25,210 nt of DNA from an uncultured bacterium (GTDB lineage Bacteria; Eisenbacteria; RBG-16-71-46): the NCBI GenBank assembly GCA_902826705.1, contig CADEFY010000007.1:1-25210 (forward strand), read 5' to 3'. How positions within the stretch are numbered: the stretch's first letter is position 1; every line of letters starts with the position of its first letter. Below, in pieces: positions 8,480 through 17,732 of this stretch. A program made the translations under genes and the position numbers. The notes under the pieces were generated by a model. The model ran no database searches and was not told the DNA's origin. It was given only the letters and a program-made list of their open reading frames with translations.

Positions 8480-8833
8480 ATGCCCCGCCCCGATCCATCC
8501 CAGCCTCGATCGCTCGACCGCCGCACGTTCCTGCACCTCACCGCGGCGGCCGCCGCCGCGGCCGCACTCGCGCCGCCCCGCGCGTTCGCGCAGAGCGCAC
8601 CCACGGCACCGACCCCCGCCGCACCCGTGGCGCCCGCGACCGGGCCCACGCCGCCCTCCGACGAAGCGCGTGCGCTCACGGCGATCCTGCAGAAGCGCTT
8701 TCCCGACCGCCTCACCGACGAGCAATGGGAGGCGGTGGCGCGCGACTTCGAGGCCGATCTGGGCGCCGGTCGCCTCCTGCGCGCCCTCGCTCTCACCAAC
8801 GCGGACGAACCCGATGCCGGCTTCCGCGCCTGA
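8480..8833 (+). CDS. Small Tat-signal protein, GatC/AtzG-like. Putative small subunit of the downstream amidase.
   Basis: This is the real 118-codon tail of the spurious long ORF 7640..8833. The ATG at 8480 is preceded by GGAGG. The twin-arginine signal is DRRTFLHLTAAAAAAAALAPPRAFA-QS. The mature core (LTDEQWEAVARDFEADLGAGRLLRALALTNADEP) resembles GatC-type small subunits. Confidence 0.6.
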   Translation: MPRPDPSQPRSLDRRTFLHLTAAAAAAAALAPPRAFAQSAPTAPTPAAPVAPATGPTPPSDEARALTAILQKRFPDRLTDEQWEAVARDFEADLGAGRLLRALALTNADEPDAGFRA

Positions 8834-10247
8834 AGCGCCGCGGGACGACCGCGAACTGCTGTTCACGCCGCTCGCACGGCTGGCCGATCTGCTGCGCACG
8901 CGCCAGCTCTCGCCGGTCACGCTCGTCGAGGCGAGCCTGTCGCGGCTCGAGTCGCTGGGGCCGCGCTACCACGCCGTCGTCACCGTGATGCGCGACGCCG
9001 CGCTCGCCGAGGCGCGCGCGGCCGAGAGCGAGATCCGCGCCGGGCGCTACCGCGGTCCGCTCCACGGGATCCCGTATGGCGCCAAGGACCTGGTCGCCAC
9101 GCGAGGCGTGCCCACCACGTGGGGCGCCGAGCCGTATCGCGAGCAGGTGTTCGATTTCGACGCCACGGTGGTGACCCGCTTGCGAGAGGCGGGCGCGATC
9201 CTGGTGGCCAAGCTCGCGATGGTCGAACTGGCGGGCGGCATGGGCTACAACCACGCCGACGCCTCGTTCACGGGGCCCGGCCTGTGCCCGTGGGACACGC
9301 GCTTCTGGAGCGGCGGTTCCTCGAGCGGTCCGGGTGCGGCGGTGGCCGCGGGGCTGGTGACGTTCGCGATCGGCTCCGAGACCTCGGGCTCGATCGTGAC
9401 CCCGGCAGCGTTCTGCGGCGTGACCGGGCTGCGGCCCACCTATGGCCTCGTCTCACGTCACGGCGCGATGGCGCTGGCGTGGACGCTCGACAAGCTCGGG
9501 CCCATGGCGCGCACCGCGGAGGACTGCGGCCTCGTGCTCGCGGCGCTCGCCGGCCCGGATCCGGCCGACGAGACGTGTGTGGGTCGAGCGTTCCGCTTCA
9601 AGGCGCCCGCCGGACTCACGCGGCCCCTGCGCGTGGGCGTGCCCAAGGGCTGCGTGGAGCAGGTGCAGCCCGCGGTGCGGGAGCAGTTCGAGCAGTCGAT
9701 CACGGCGCTCGGCAAGGACATCGTGGTCACGCGCGACGTGCCGTGGCCGGACCTGCCGTGGGGACCGGCCGTGGGCACGATCGTGGGCGCCGAAGGAGCC
9801 GCGGCGTTCCGCGAGCTGATCGAATCGGGTCGGGTGTCGCAGCTCAAGTGCCCGGCCGACCGCACGGGCGGCTACTCCGCCCTGCTCACGCCGGCGGTCG
9901 ACTATCTCGATGCGATGCGCGCGCGCAAGCCGATGCGGCGCGCGATGCGCGACCTGTTCGCGCGCTTCGATGTGATCGCCACGCCGACACGGGCCTCGGT
10001 CGCGTACCCGGCCGACCGCGAGTTCCAGCAGGCCTACCCCGGCATCTCGGGCGGCCCGCCCGTGATCCCGGCGGGCAATCTCACGGGCCTGCCCGCGCTG
10101 GCGCTGCCCAACGGGTTCGGCGAGAACGGCCTGCCGACGTCGATCAGCTTCATGGCGCCGGCCTTCGAGGAGCGACGTCTCGTCGAGCTGGGCGCGCTGC
10201 TCCAGAGTCGCACCGACCACCACACCCGCCGTCCTCCTGCCGTCTGA
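8814..10247 (+). CDS. Amidase-signature family amidase (GatA/AtzE-like) with no signal peptide
   Basis: The GGSSSG nucleophile motif, GAKDL lysine and GSETSGS cis-Ser identify the Ser-cisSer-Lys amidase signature. The first in-frame ATG after the junk overlap is at 8814 (MPASAPEAPRDDRELLF...). This overlaps the upstream gene by 20 nt. The start is uncertain. Confidence 0.75.
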   Translation: MPASAPEAPRDDRELLFTPLARLADLLRTRQLSPVTLVEASLSRLESLGPRYHAVVTVMRDAALAEARAAESEIRAGRYRGPLHGIPYGAKDLVATRGVPTTWGAEPYREQVFDFDATVVTRLREAGAILVAKLAMVELAGGMGYNHADASFTGPGLCPWDTRFWSGGSSSGPGAAVAAGLVTFAIGSETSGSIVTPAAFCGVTGLRPTYGLVSRHGAMALAWTLDKLGPMARTAEDCGLVLAALAGPDPADETCVGRAFRFKAPAGLTRPLRVGVPKGCVEQVQPAVREQFEQSITALGKDIVVTRDVPWPDLPWGPAVGTIVGAEGAAAFRELIESGRVSQLKCPADRTGGYSALLTPAVDYLDAMRARKPMRRAMRDLFARFDVIATPTRASVAYPADREFQQAYPGISGGPPVIPAGNLTGLPALALPNGFGENGLPTSISFMAPAFEERRLVELGALLQSRTDHHTRRPPAV

Positions 10248-10264
10248 CCCCTTCGGAGACCCCC

Positions 10265-10645
10265 ATGCACCGGATCCCCCGTGTCGCTGTGATCGCACTC
10301 CTCGCCGTGAGCGCCACCCTGGGATCGGCCGGCTGCCTCGGCGACGTGACGCAGCAGGTGATGCAGGATCCCAAGCTGGCCGAGCGCGTGATGGGCGCGA
10401 TCGCGGGCAGGCAGGACATGGCCATGGGCATGCTCGACCGGCTCGTGAGCACCGACTCGCTGCGCACGGCGGCCCTCGACCATCTGCTGCAGGACGACGC
10501 GGTCTCGCAGCAGTTGCTCGACCGCGTCGCCAGCAACCCGATGGCGATGGACTACGTGCTGCAGGCGGCCGTGCGCGAGCCGAGGATGCGCGACCACATC
10601 ATCAGCGTGGTCAAGGGCATCGAGATGGCGACCGCGGCCAAGTAG
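10265..10645 (+). CDS. Small lipoprotein (126 aa), function unknown
   Basis: This is the real tail of the long junk ORF 9119..10645. The ATG at 10265 is 17 nt after the amidase stop. MHRIPRVAVIALLAVSATLGSAGC is a lipoprotein signal. Its lipobox LGSAGC is identical to that of the SPFH lipoprotein. Confidence 0.6.
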   Translation: MHRIPRVAVIALLAVSATLGSAGCLGDVTQQVMQDPKLAERVMGAIAGRQDMAMGMLDRLVSTDSLRTAALDHLLQDDAVSQQLLDRVASNPMAMDYVLQAAVREPRMRDHIISVVKGIEMATAAK

Positions 10646-10661
10646 CGCCGCGCGCAGCGGC

Positions 10662-12152
10662 TCAGGCCGCCGGGCGCTTGAGCTGCCGCGTCAGTTCCTC
10701 GGCGAGCGCACGCATGGGGTCGCCGGCCGCGAGCGTGCGCGCGGGTGCGGTCGGGGGCGGCCCGGGTGGCGGCGCGGGCGCCGCCGCAGCGGGAGTGCCG
10801 GCAGGACGCGCGCGGCGCTTGGAGGGCGCAGCCTCGTCCTGCGGCGCGGCCTGCGACGCCGCGGCCGGTTCGGCCTCCGCCGCGGGCGCATCGAATCGCA
10901 GGAAGCTGGCCACCACCGGCACGCCGGTCGAGGCGACGCGTGTCGCGCTGGTGTGCACCACGCCGAGCGGCGCACTGGCGAGCAGGTTCTCGATGCCGTC
11001 GCCGAGCCGCCGGCCATGCGAGGCGAGCCAGCGCGTGAGGATCGAGCCGGCATCGGGGGCGATCACCGCGCACAACACGAGCGGCGTCGATGGCAGCGTG
11101 GCGAGGCTGGGCGCCGCGCTCGCGCACTCGAACACCACGCGCTCGGGCGGGGCGATGCGCAGCATGTCCAGCGCGTCGGCGAGCGTGCAGTGCACGAGCG
11201 CGCCCGCGCCATCGGCATGCGCGTAGCGCGGCGATTCGGCCACCAGCAGCGTCTGACCGCCGCGTTCGGCGAGCTGGCGCTCGAGCAGCCCGTGCAGCAG
11301 CGCGTCGGCCGCCTGCGCACTCGGCGCTCCCACGAGCACGAGGCCCGACGTGGTCTCGATCAGCGCGGGCAGCGCCTCCACCGCGCCGCTCCAGCGCGCG
11401 GGATCCGCGGGCGCGAGGCCGGCGGCGCGCACCCACAGGGTCTCGGGCGGCCCGGCCAGCCGCGTCACATCGAGCATGCGGCCATCGACCGGCACGGTGC
11501 GGCGCTGCGGGCGCTCGCTGCGCGGATCGACGGGCGGCCATGCGGGATCGAGCAGACGCGAACGCAGTTGCTCGAAGCTGCCGGGATCGAGCGGCTGCTG
11601 CGCCAGCGAGCGCCACTGCCCGGCGATGCGCGCGCGCGGGATCTGACCCGCACGATAGAGGAGCGTGTCGCCCGTCTCGCGCAGCACCGAGAACGGAGTG
11701 CCATCATCGCCCACGGCCGAGGCGTCCTGCGCCTCGGTGACGACGGAGTGGAACGCGTCGCGCAGGTCCTGGAACATGCCGAGCTGCGACTGCAGCCGCT
11801 CCGTGGCGCTGTCGCCCTCGGCCGTGAGGCCCGCCTCGTCCATCTGCCGCGCGGCCTCGAGCATGATGCTCTCGGTGGTCTCGGTGATCCCGCGCGCGCC
11901 ACCCACGGCCTCGTGCTTGAACTCGAAGCGGCCTTCCTTCCACGCGAAGATCCGGTACGCCGCGGCCTCGCCCTGCTTGTGGTCCTCGTCGACCGCGTTG
12001 GTGAGCTGGCCCTTGTCGAAGTACAGGTAACAGCGGCGCTGGCCCTCGCTCAGCGACAGCACTCCCGTGGCGCCGTTGAGCATGAGCAGCTGGCCCAGGT
12101 CGAAGAGCCCGATCAACCCGAGTTCCCCGGCCAGTGCGACTGGCGCCGGCAT
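10662..12152 (-). CDS. PATAN (DUF4388) domain protein with a Pro/Ala-rich C-terminal tail
   Basis: The N-terminus GELGLIGLFDLGQLLMLNGATGVLSLSEGQRRCYLYFDKGQL is the DUF4388/PATAN signature. The start ATG (12150-12152) overlaps the pilT stop (12152-12154) by 1 nt. Confidence 0.7.
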   Translation of the reverse strand: MPAPVALAGELGLIGLFDLGQLLMLNGATGVLSLSEGQRRCYLYFDKGQLTNAVDEDHKQGEAAAYRIFAWKEGRFEFKHEAVGGARGITETTESIMLEAARQMDEAGLTAEGDSATERLQSQLGMFQDLRDAFHSVVTEAQDASAVGDDGTPFSVLRETGDTLLYRAGQIPRARIAGQWRSLAQQPLDPGSFEQLRSRLLDPAWPPVDPRSERPQRRTVPVDGRMLDVTRLAGPPETLWVRAAGLAPADPARWSGAVEALPALIETTSGLVLVGAPSAQAADALLHGLLERQLAERGGQTLLVAESPRYAHADGAGALVHCTLADALDMLRIAPPERVVFECASAAPSLATLPSTPLVLCAVIAPDAGSILTRWLASHGRRLGDGIENLLASAPLGVVHTSATRVASTGVPVVASFLRFDAPAAEAEPAAASQAAPQDEAAPSKRRARPAGTPAAAAPAPPPGPPPTAPARTLAAGDPMRALAEELTRQLKRPAA

Positions 12153-13240
12153 CAGGCGGCCTGCGCGCGCGGTCCCGCCTGCGCGATGCGCTCGAGCGAC
12201 GGCAGGAGGTCCTTGCTCGACAGATGCGGCGCGGCGTCCTGAGGCGTGACGCGGCCCTCGCGCACGAGGTTCATGAGCGAGTCATCCATGGTCTGCATGC
12301 CGTCCTTCTTGCCGGTCTGGATCACCGACTGGAGCTGGAAGATCTTCTTCTCACGGATCAGCGCCGAGACCGCCGGCGTGCCGACCAGCACTTCCATCGC
12401 GAGCACGCGGCCCTTGCCGTCGGAGCGCTTGAGCAGCCGCTGCGCGAGCACGCCCTTGAGCGACTCGGACAGCATCAGCCGCGCCTGCGCCTGACGCTCG
12501 CCCTCGAACGAGTCGAGGATGCGGTCCACGGTCTGCGTGGCGCTCATGGTGTGCAGCGTGCCGAACACGAGCTGGCCGGTGGCGGCCGCCGTCATGGCGA
12601 GCGCCATGGTCTCGGTGTCACGCAGCTCGCCGACCAGGATCACGTCGGGATCCTCACGCAGCGCGCCGTGCAGCGCCTTGGCGAAACTGGGCGTGTTGCG
12701 GCCCACCTCGCGCTGCGTGATCAGGCACTGCTGGTTCTGGTGCCGGTACTCGATCGGATCCTCGATCGTGAGGATGTGCTTCTTCTGCGTGCGATTGAGG
12801 TGGTCGACGAGCGCGGCCATGGTGCTCGACTTGCCCGTGCCGGGAGGTCCGGTCACCACGATCAGTCCGCGCGGCGACTCGGTGAGGCGGGCCAGATGCT
12901 CGGGAACGCCGAGCTGGTCGAGCGTGAGGATCTGGCTCGGCAGCACGCGGAACGCACCGGCAGGGCCCTTGTACTGCTCGTAGATGTTGCAGCGCACGCG
13001 CACGACGCCCTGCACCTCGTACGAGAAGTCGACGTCCTTCTGCGCATCGAACTTGGCGCGGATCGGGCCGTCCATGATCTCGAACAGCAGCATCTCGCTC
13101 ATCTCACGCGTGAGCGGCTCGTAGGGGATGGGCGTGATCTCGCCATTGATCCGCACCATGGGCGGCGAGCCCGTGGTCATGTGCAGGTCGGATGCACCAA
13201 GATCCTTGACCTGCTTGAGGATGGCATCGATACGAGCCAT
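12152..13240 (-). CDS. pilT: Type IV pilus retraction ATPase PilT
   Basis: The internal ATG at 13240 gives MARIDAILKQVKDLGASDLHMTTGSPPMVRINGE... The Walker A motif is GPPGTGKSST. PilT-family His and Asp boxes are present, as is the ...MQTMDDSLMNLVREGRVT C-terminal region. The upstream extension in the ORF track was rejected. Confidence 0.85.
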   Translation of the reverse strand: MARIDAILKQVKDLGASDLHMTTGSPPMVRINGEITPIPYEPLTREMSEMLLFEIMDGPIRAKFDAQKDVDFSYEVQGVVRVRCNIYEQYKGPAGAFRVLPSQILTLDQLGVPEHLARLTESPRGLIVVTGPPGTGKSSTMAALVDHLNRTQKKHILTIEDPIEYRHQNQQCLITQREVGRNTPSFAKALHGALREDPDVILVGELRDTETMALAMTAAATGQLVFGTLHTMSATQTVDRILDSFEGERQAQARLMLSESLKGVLAQRLLKRSDGKGRVLAMEVLVGTPAVSALIREKKIFQLQSVIQTGKKDGMQTMDDSLMNLVREGRVTPQDAAPHLSSKDLLPSLERIAQAGPRAQAA

Positions 13241-13419
13241 GCGGGTGCGTTCCCGTCCGGAGTCCTGGGCGATGGGGGCGGATGCCCCCGACATGTCCCC
13301 GTGGGCATCGGCCGATCCGCGGCCGCGCTGGACCGGGTTCTGCGGCACCGCGCTCGCGCCTCAACCTGCGCTCCCGCCGGGCCGATGACCCGGGCATGCC
13401 CCTCGGCAGGAAGGAGACC

Positions 13420-13929
13420 ATGCCCGGCTTCGTCCCGAAGCTGCGGGTGCCGGTCCGGCTCTGCATGGCCGCACAGGCGCCCTATGACGCGTTCCTGTCG
13501 CTGTTCCCGCTCTCGGAGCACCACGCGGGACCGGAGACGTTGCTCGAGCGGCTCAACACGCGCACCCGCGTGCTGCCGGCTGTGCGCGAGGACGACCACA
13601 CGGTCGTGCTCGTGACGCGGGACCAAGTGGACTGGGTGGAGGCGGGCCCCGACGTGGAGGCCCAGCTGATCCGCCCGAGCGCGTATCTGCACACGCGCGA
13701 GGAGCACGTCGAACTGCGGATGGTGTCGGGCGAGCGCGTGGCGGGCATCCTCGCGATGGAGCTGCCGGACGCGTACAACCGCGCGAGCGACTTCCTGAAC
13801 GGCGACGAGGACTTCTTCGCACTCTCGCTCTCGAGCGGCACTCGGCTGGTGAACAAGGCGCGCGTGCTGGACGTGCGCATCTTGAGCGCGGGGCGGGTCG
13901 AGTGGGTGGGGGATAGCGCGGCGGCGTAG
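13420..13929 (+). CDS. Hypothetical protein (169 aa), divergent from pilT
   Basis: AGGAAGGAG sits immediately upstream of the ATG at 13420. The earlier part of ORF 13282..13929 is Arg-rich junk. No domain was recognised. Confidence 0.5.
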   Translation: MPGFVPKLRVPVRLCMAAQAPYDAFLSLFPLSEHHAGPETLLERLNTRTRVLPAVREDDHTVVLVTRDQVDWVEAGPDVEAQLIRPSAYLHTREEHVELRMVSGERVAGILAMELPDAYNRASDFLNGDEDFFALSLSSGTRLVNKARVLDVRILSAGRVEWVGDSAAA

Positions 13930-14220
13930 CGACTCCGCTGCGCGGGGCTGCATCGCTCTGGGCGCGCGGTCGGGCCGGGGACACGGGTGGAGCGGCCGCT
14001 CGGTTCCGCATCCTGCTTCACCTCGCTGAGGCTGAGCATCGGTTCCGCCCTCCTGGCTCCACCGACGCTCAGACTCGCCGCTCCACCCATGTCCCCGGCC
14101 CTCCGGCGCGCACGTCGCGCGGGGAGGTGGGATGGATGACGGGTGGTTGCGTCGGGCATGGGGCCCACGGCATCATCGCGGCTTCCATTCCCATCCATGT
14201 GCGGCGAGGAGAAACGGTCC

Positions 14221-16263
14221 ATGCACCAGCTATTGCCGGCGCGGTTGAAGCCGGGTGTCACTCCGGAGGCGCTGCCGGGGCCCAGGGCGGCGGATGCGCC
14301 GGCGGCGCAGGGCGCGGCGGGGCGTGTGATCCGCGGCGGCGCGTTGATCTTCTGGGATCCCAAGGTGCCGGGCCGGAAGCTCGATGCGATCGACACCGAC
14401 CAGATCACTCCGGCCACCGACTGCGTCTCCGAGAGCCTCGAGACGCTCGATGAGCGCTGGAAGGCCGGCAGTTTCCGCTACCTGATGCCCGACTTCCGTG
14501 CACGGGTGCATGCGGGGCAGACGTTCCTCGTGGCCGGCGACCGGTTCGCCATCGGCAGCTCGCGCGAGATGAGCCCGGCGGGACTCAAGGGCGTGGCCGA
14601 GGAGGTCGGGCTCGAGATGGTCGTGGTCTGCGGCCAGAACATGGGCGACATCTTCCGCCGCAACAGCTTCAACCTCGGGCTGCAGGTGGTGCAGAGCCCC
14701 GAGGCGGTGATCGACGCGCAGGAGGGCGACCAGTTCGAGTTCGACACCGACTCGCGCCAGCTCACCAACGTCACGCAGAACCGCCGCTACGACGCGGTGC
14801 CGCTGACGCCCAAGGAGGACGAGATCCGCCGCTCGGGCGGCATCTTCGCGATCGGGCGGCGCGAGTTCCGCGACTCGGTCACGCGCCAGCCGCGCATCGA
14901 GTGGCCCGACGCGGCCACGGCGCGCCGGCTCACCACCACCGAGCAGATCCTCTGGGCACACCGGGTCGACAAGGACGCCGACGTGCGCGCGGGCGCCACG
15001 CTGCGCGTGTACGCCGACCTGCTGCCGGCCTCCGACGGCACCGCGCCGTTCTCGATCCACACGTTCAACCAGATCACCGGCGGCGAGAGCATCTGGCCGC
15101 GGCAGATCGCGATCGCCAACGACCACTTCGTGTTCACGGGCCTCGAGGCCGACGACAAGCAGACCTCGATCGGTCGGCAGTTCGCGGCCATGCACGGGAT
15201 CGAGCGGCCGTACTACGCCACGCCAGGCGACGGCATCTTCCACTTCTACTTCCCCGAGCAGGGGCTCGTGCAGCCGGGCATGATGATCCCCGGCGCCGAC
15301 TCGCACTCGCGTGCGTACGGCGCCTACGGCGCGATCGGCATCGGTGTGGGCTCCACCACGCTCGGGTTCGGCTGGAGCACGGGCCACATCTACACCACGG
15401 TCGCCAAGCCGCGGCGCGTGGTGTTCAAGGGCGCGCTGCAGCCGTGGGTGACGGGCAAGGACCTGGTGCTCGAACTGCTGCGGCGCTGGGGCGCCAAGCA
15501 GTCTCAGGGCATGAGCGTGGAGTTCGTCGACGCCGACCAGCAGCTGCCGATCGCCTACCGCAACACGATCTGCAACATGATGGCCGAGGCCGAGAGCTAC
15601 AACGGCATCTTCGCGCCCGACGACATCACCTACGCATGGTTCGCCGCCAAGGGCATGCGCGACCTGCCATACCCGCGCATCGCACCCGGCGCGGACGTGG
15701 CGTGGGAGATCGACGAGGCGCTCGAGCTCTCGGACGTGCGCCCCATGATCGCCAAGCCGTTCAGCCCCGGCAACGCGTTCCCCGCCGAGGATGTGGCGCG
15801 CGAGCGCATCGCGTTCGACAAGGCGATGATCGGATCGTGCACCAACGGCGGGTACGACGACCTGCTGTCGGCTGCACTCGTGCTGCGCGCCGCGCGCGGT
15901 GCGGGCCGCACGCAGGCCGCGCGCGAGTTCGTGATCTTCCCCGGTTCGGGCGGCGTGCGGGACCGCATCGAACATCCCGACGCGCGGCTCGGCGGCGAGA
16001 GCATCGCCGAGGTGTTCCGTTCGGTGGGCGGGCAGATCCGCCAGAGCTGGTGCGGGCCGTGCTTCGGGCAGGGGCCCGACGCGCTCACCGCCGGCCAGCG
16101 TGCGATCACCAGCTTCAATCGCAACTGGACCAATCGCATGGGACTCGGCGGCGAGGGCTTCCTCGCCTCCCCCAGCGTGGTGGCGGCCAGTGCGATGCTC
16201 GGCTACATGGCGCCGCCCTCCGAACTCGGGCTCGCATGGGAGGCCGAGGCGTTCGCGGTGTAG
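14221..16263 (+). CDS. Aconitase-family Fe-S dehydratase with the swivel (LeuD-like) domain first and the catalytic (LeuC-like) domain last, in AcnB-like order
   Basis: GAGGAG sits 8 nt before the ATG at 14221. The N-terminal part has the LeuD motifs (IDTDQI, GSSRE, FRRNSFNLGL). The C-terminal part has aconitase catalytic motifs (GADSHS, GSCTNGG, CGPCFG; three cluster Cys). Confidence 0.7.
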   Translation: MHQLLPARLKPGVTPEALPGPRAADAPAAQGAAGRVIRGGALIFWDPKVPGRKLDAIDTDQITPATDCVSESLETLDERWKAGSFRYLMPDFRARVHAGQTFLVAGDRFAIGSSREMSPAGLKGVAEEVGLEMVVVCGQNMGDIFRRNSFNLGLQVVQSPEAVIDAQEGDQFEFDTDSRQLTNVTQNRRYDAVPLTPKEDEIRRSGGIFAIGRREFRDSVTRQPRIEWPDAATARRLTTTEQILWAHRVDKDADVRAGATLRVYADLLPASDGTAPFSIHTFNQITGGESIWPRQIAIANDHFVFTGLEADDKQTSIGRQFAAMHGIERPYYATPGDGIFHFYFPEQGLVQPGMMIPGADSHSRAYGAYGAIGIGVGSTTLGFGWSTGHIYTTVAKPRRVVFKGALQPWVTGKDLVLELLRRWGAKQSQGMSVEFVDADQQLPIAYRNTICNMMAEAESYNGIFAPDDITYAWFAAKGMRDLPYPRIAPGADVAWEIDEALELSDVRPMIAKPFSPGNAFPAEDVARERIAFDKAMIGSCTNGGYDDLLSAALVLRAARGAGRTQAAREFVIFPGSGGVRDRIEHPDARLGGESIAEVFRSVGGQIRQSWCGPCFGQGPDALTAGQRAITSFNRNWTNRMGLGGEGFLASPSVVAASAMLGYMAPPSELGLAWEAEAFAV

Positions 16264-16296
16264 CGGCAGCTCCACGGATCCCCGGAGACCTCACGC

Positions 16297-17592
16297 ATGA
16301 GCATGCCTCCCGTCTCGGCCACCGGCACCGTGCCCATGGATGACCGGGCCCTCTCGAGCCTCGCGCGCGGCATGGTGGGCTCCGAGGTGCTGCGCATCGC
16401 GGCCGAGGTGCGCGCGGCGATCGCATCGGGGCGCGACGTGCTCAACCTGACCGTGGGCGACTTCGATGCGCGTGAGTTCCCGGTGCCGGCGCCGCTGATC
16501 GCCGGCATCCAACGCGCGCTCGCCGCGGGCCACACCAACTACCCGCCCTCCAATGGCATCGCCGAGCTGCGCCAGGCCGTGGTCGACTTCTATCGCCGCG
16601 AACTCGGGATCGAGGTCCCGGTCGCCTCGGTGGTGATCGCGGGCGGCGCGCGGCCGTTGATCTACGCCACGTATCGCACGCTCGTCGATCCGGGGGAGTC
16701 CGTCGTGTTCCCCGTGCCGTCGTGGAACAACAATCACTACGTGCACCTGTGCGGTGCGCGCGGCGTGCCGCTCACGGTCACCCGCGAGCACGGATTCCAC
16801 CCCACGCCCGAGCAGATCGTCGCGGCGCTGCCGGGCGCGCGGCTCGTGGCCCTGTGTTCGCCGAGCAACCCCACGGGCACGCTGATGCGCCGCGAGTCGC
16901 TCATCGCGATCTGCGAGGCGATCGTGGCCGAGAACGCGCGCCGCGCTGCGACCGGCGACCGACCGGTGTTCCTCATGTATGACCAGGTCTACTGGGCCAC
17001 CGCGTTCGGCGAGGCGCCGCCGCTCACGCCCACCGCACTCGTGCCGGAGGTGATGCCGTACACGGTGCTCATCGATGCGATCAGCAAGTCGCTCGCCGCC
17101 ACCGGCCTGCGCGTGGGCTGGGCGATCGCGCACCCGGCGGTGACGGCGCGGCTCTCGGACCTGCTGGGCCACGTCGGGGCGTGGGCACCCAAGCCCGAGC
17201 AGGTGGCCACGGCCGAGTTCCTCGTCGACGCGCCCGCGTTCCAGGCCGCGCGCACGGACATGGAGCGCCGGCTGCGCGAGCGACTCGGCGTGCTGTACCG
17301 CGGCCTCGCGCGCCTGCGCGAGCAGGGACACCCCGTCGATGCCGTCGAGCCACAGGGCACGCTCTACCTGTCGGTGCGCTTCGCGCTGCAGGGCGAGCGC
17401 TGCGGCCGCACGCTGCGCAGCAACGAGGACGTGCGCCGGCTGCTGCTCGAAGAGGCGGGCCTCGCCGTGGTGCCGTTCCAGGCGTTCGCGCTGCCCGACG
17501 AGGACGGCTGGTTCCGGTTGTCGGTGGGCGCCACGTCGGTGGCCGCGATCGAGCGCGGCCTGTCACGGCTGGAGCAGATGTTGAATCGCTGA
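16297..17592 (+). CDS. PLP-dependent class I/II aminotransferase
   Basis: GGAG sits 9 nt before the ATG at 16297, 33 nt after the aconitase-family stop. The PLP-lysine context is IDAISKSLAATGLRVGW, and the overall fold-type I pattern is typical (…SNPTGT…). Confidence 0.75.
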   Translation: MSMPPVSATGTVPMDDRALSSLARGMVGSEVLRIAAEVRAAIASGRDVLNLTVGDFDAREFPVPAPLIAGIQRALAAGHTNYPPSNGIAELRQAVVDFYRRELGIEVPVASVVIAGGARPLIYATYRTLVDPGESVVFPVPSWNNNHYVHLCGARGVPLTVTREHGFHPTPEQIVAALPGARLVALCSPSNPTGTLMRRESLIAICEAIVAENARRAATGDRPVFLMYDQVYWATAFGEAPPLTPTALVPEVMPYTVLIDAISKSLAATGLRVGWAIAHPAVTARLSDLLGHVGAWAPKPEQVATAEFLVDAPAFQAARTDMERRLRERLGVLYRGLARLREQGHPVDAVEPQGTLYLSVRFALQGERCGRTLRSNEDVRRLLLEEAGLAVVPFQAFALPDEDGWFRLSVGATSVAAIERGLSRLEQMLNR

Positions 17593-17732
17593 GCGCCGGG
17601 GTTGCATCGGAGGGCGTGGCGTCGCAGACTTGTCGCAGCTCACTCGCGTGCCGCACGCACGCGCGGGTCGGTCGGTCGGGCTACCGGCGGATCCGGGAGG
17701 GATGGGTCCCTCCGCGCAGTGGGAGCCCCGAG

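Noticed and set aside
7640-8833. 397-aa ORF spanning the glyoxalase-like gene in another frame
   Set aside because: Only its last 118 codons, from the ATG at 8480 with an SD and a Tat signal, look like a real protein. The rest is Arg/Ala junk overlapping the well-supported 7647..8426 gene.
9119-10645. 508-aa ORF overlapping the amidase
   Set aside because: Only the terminal 126 codons, from the ATG at 10265 with a lipoprotein signal, are credible. The upstream part is the amidase read out of frame.
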